A DNA stretch of 63,987 nucleotides, filler included, from Nemertoderma westbladi (lineage: Eukaryota; Animalia; Xenacoelomorpha): assembly GCA_032718475.1 (NCBI GenBank). It is 3 parts of 3 records of this genome, joined end to end, with 100 filler letters (N's around TTAATTAATTAA, not from the genome) between each part and the next. Parts side by side here need not be neighbours in the genome. Positions count along the whole stretch, not along the records: positions 54,936 to 63,987 come from JAUCBJ010003942.1; 2 more parts are not named here. The stretch is one strand, 5' to 3'. Shown one piece after another: positions 62,831-63,987 of this stretch. Under the pieces are notes generated by a model. The model worked only from the letters and a program-made list of their open reading frames with translations. It was not told the origin of the DNA and made no database searches. Made by a program: the position numbers and the translations under genes. The stretch's first letter is position 1; the number at the start of each line of letters is the position of its first letter.

Positions 62831-63193
62831 TACGGTGGCTGATCTTTGCCAATTAATTAATTTTATTTTACTTTTTTTTCAGTTCTCCATGACCGCATAA
62901 TTTATGGTCGACCATAAATTAATTCCTGGTAGTTTGAATTTCCCGGTAACTTGTACGTCGAGATTGTGACTGGCCATTCATTGGTTAGGTAGGGTATTGG
63001 GAAACCATCAAATTGCCGTTTATTTGAATGTAATTAGTTAAAGTAGCCAATGAATGAATGGCCTGTCCAAATCTCGCTGTACAAGGTACCGGGAAATTCA
63101 AACTACCAGGAATTAATTTATTAACCATAAATTATGACGTCATGGAGAACTTCTGAAAAAAAATTAATTTATTGGCAAAGATCAGCCACCGTA
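62831..63193. mobile_element. Palindromic MITE
   Basis: TACGGTGGCTGATCTTTGCCAAT... arms ~155 bp; TSD GAACCC at 62825-62830 and 63194-63199 (or AACC if the termini include C/G). Confidence 0.85.
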
Positions 63194-63435
63194 GAACCCT
63201 GATTTTATCAGAAATTATCTTTAGAGAAAGTAAATAATTAATAACGTTGCAACGGCACTTCTGGACAACAACAGTACAACGACCCGATGTATACGTTCCG
63301 TTTGTTCACCTTACCTTTTACCACTCCCTTGGTTATCTGGTCGGATTGACAAACCTATGTGTTCCAGTTCCATCCATCTACATAGAATAATCAAAGGAAA
63401 TGGTATACTGTAGCACTGCGGCTCATCCCGATTAA

Positions 63436-63987
63436 ATTGCGTTCTTGTTGTTATGGTCACTAGATTATTGCCTTCTTATTGTTATGGTCACTAGATTATT
63501 GCCTTCTTGTTGTTATGGTCACTCGATTATTGCGTTCTTGTTGTTATGGTCACTAGATTATTGCCTTCTTGTTGTTATGGTCACTAAATTATTGCCTTCT
63601 TGTTGTTATGGACACTCGATTATTGCGTTCTTGTTGTTATGGTCACTAGATTATTGCGTTCTTGTTGTTATGGACATTCGATTATTGCGTTCTTGTTGTT
63701 ATGGTCACTAGATTATTGCCTTCTTGTTGTTATGGTCACTCGATTATTGCGTTCTTGTTGTTATGGTCACTAGATTATTGCCTTCTTGTTGTTATGGTCA
63801 CTAGATTATTGCCTTCTTGTTGTTATGGTCACTAGATTATTGCCTTCTTGTTGTTATGATTACTAGATTATTGCCTACTTGTTGTTATGGTCACTAGATT
63901 ATTGCCTTCTTGTTGTTATGGACACTCGATTATTGCGTTCTTGTTGTTATGGACACTCGATTATAGCGTTCCTGTTGTTATGGTCAC
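63436..63987. repeat. 31-bp tandem array running off the window
   Basis: Unit TTCTTGTTGTTATGGTCACTAGATTATTGCC. Confidence 0.97.

Overview
AT-rich, repeat-dense eukaryotic (most likely invertebrate animal) scaffold with two N-gaps. Host genes: the first coding exon of a signal-peptide LRR protein (-), an intronless MFSD4/NaGLT1-like MFS transporter (-) with a deletion-eroded pseudogene copy, an intronless endophilin-B (-), and an ALDH3 pseudogene (+) broken by short insertions. Most of the rest is mobile DNA: a Kolobok-type transposon, a CRE-clade RT-RLE non-LTR element plus a second decayed one, a complete pol-less BEL/Pao-like LTR element, four 5'-truncated RTE copies with TSDs, a MULE-like remnant, several MITE/foldback elements and tandem arrays. 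Best leads: (1) a ~367-bp tRNA-promoter + minimal hammerhead (retrozyme-like) unit whose inverted copy spans the monomer junction; (2) a ~89-copy 41-bp array built from the LRR exon/intron junction; (3) a gag-only LTR element whose non-tRNA PBS is complementary to its own LTR; (4) zones saturated with short CAGT/GTAC-type insertions. All family calls come from reading motifs by eye; no searches were run. No CRISPR, rRNA or intact tRNA was seen.
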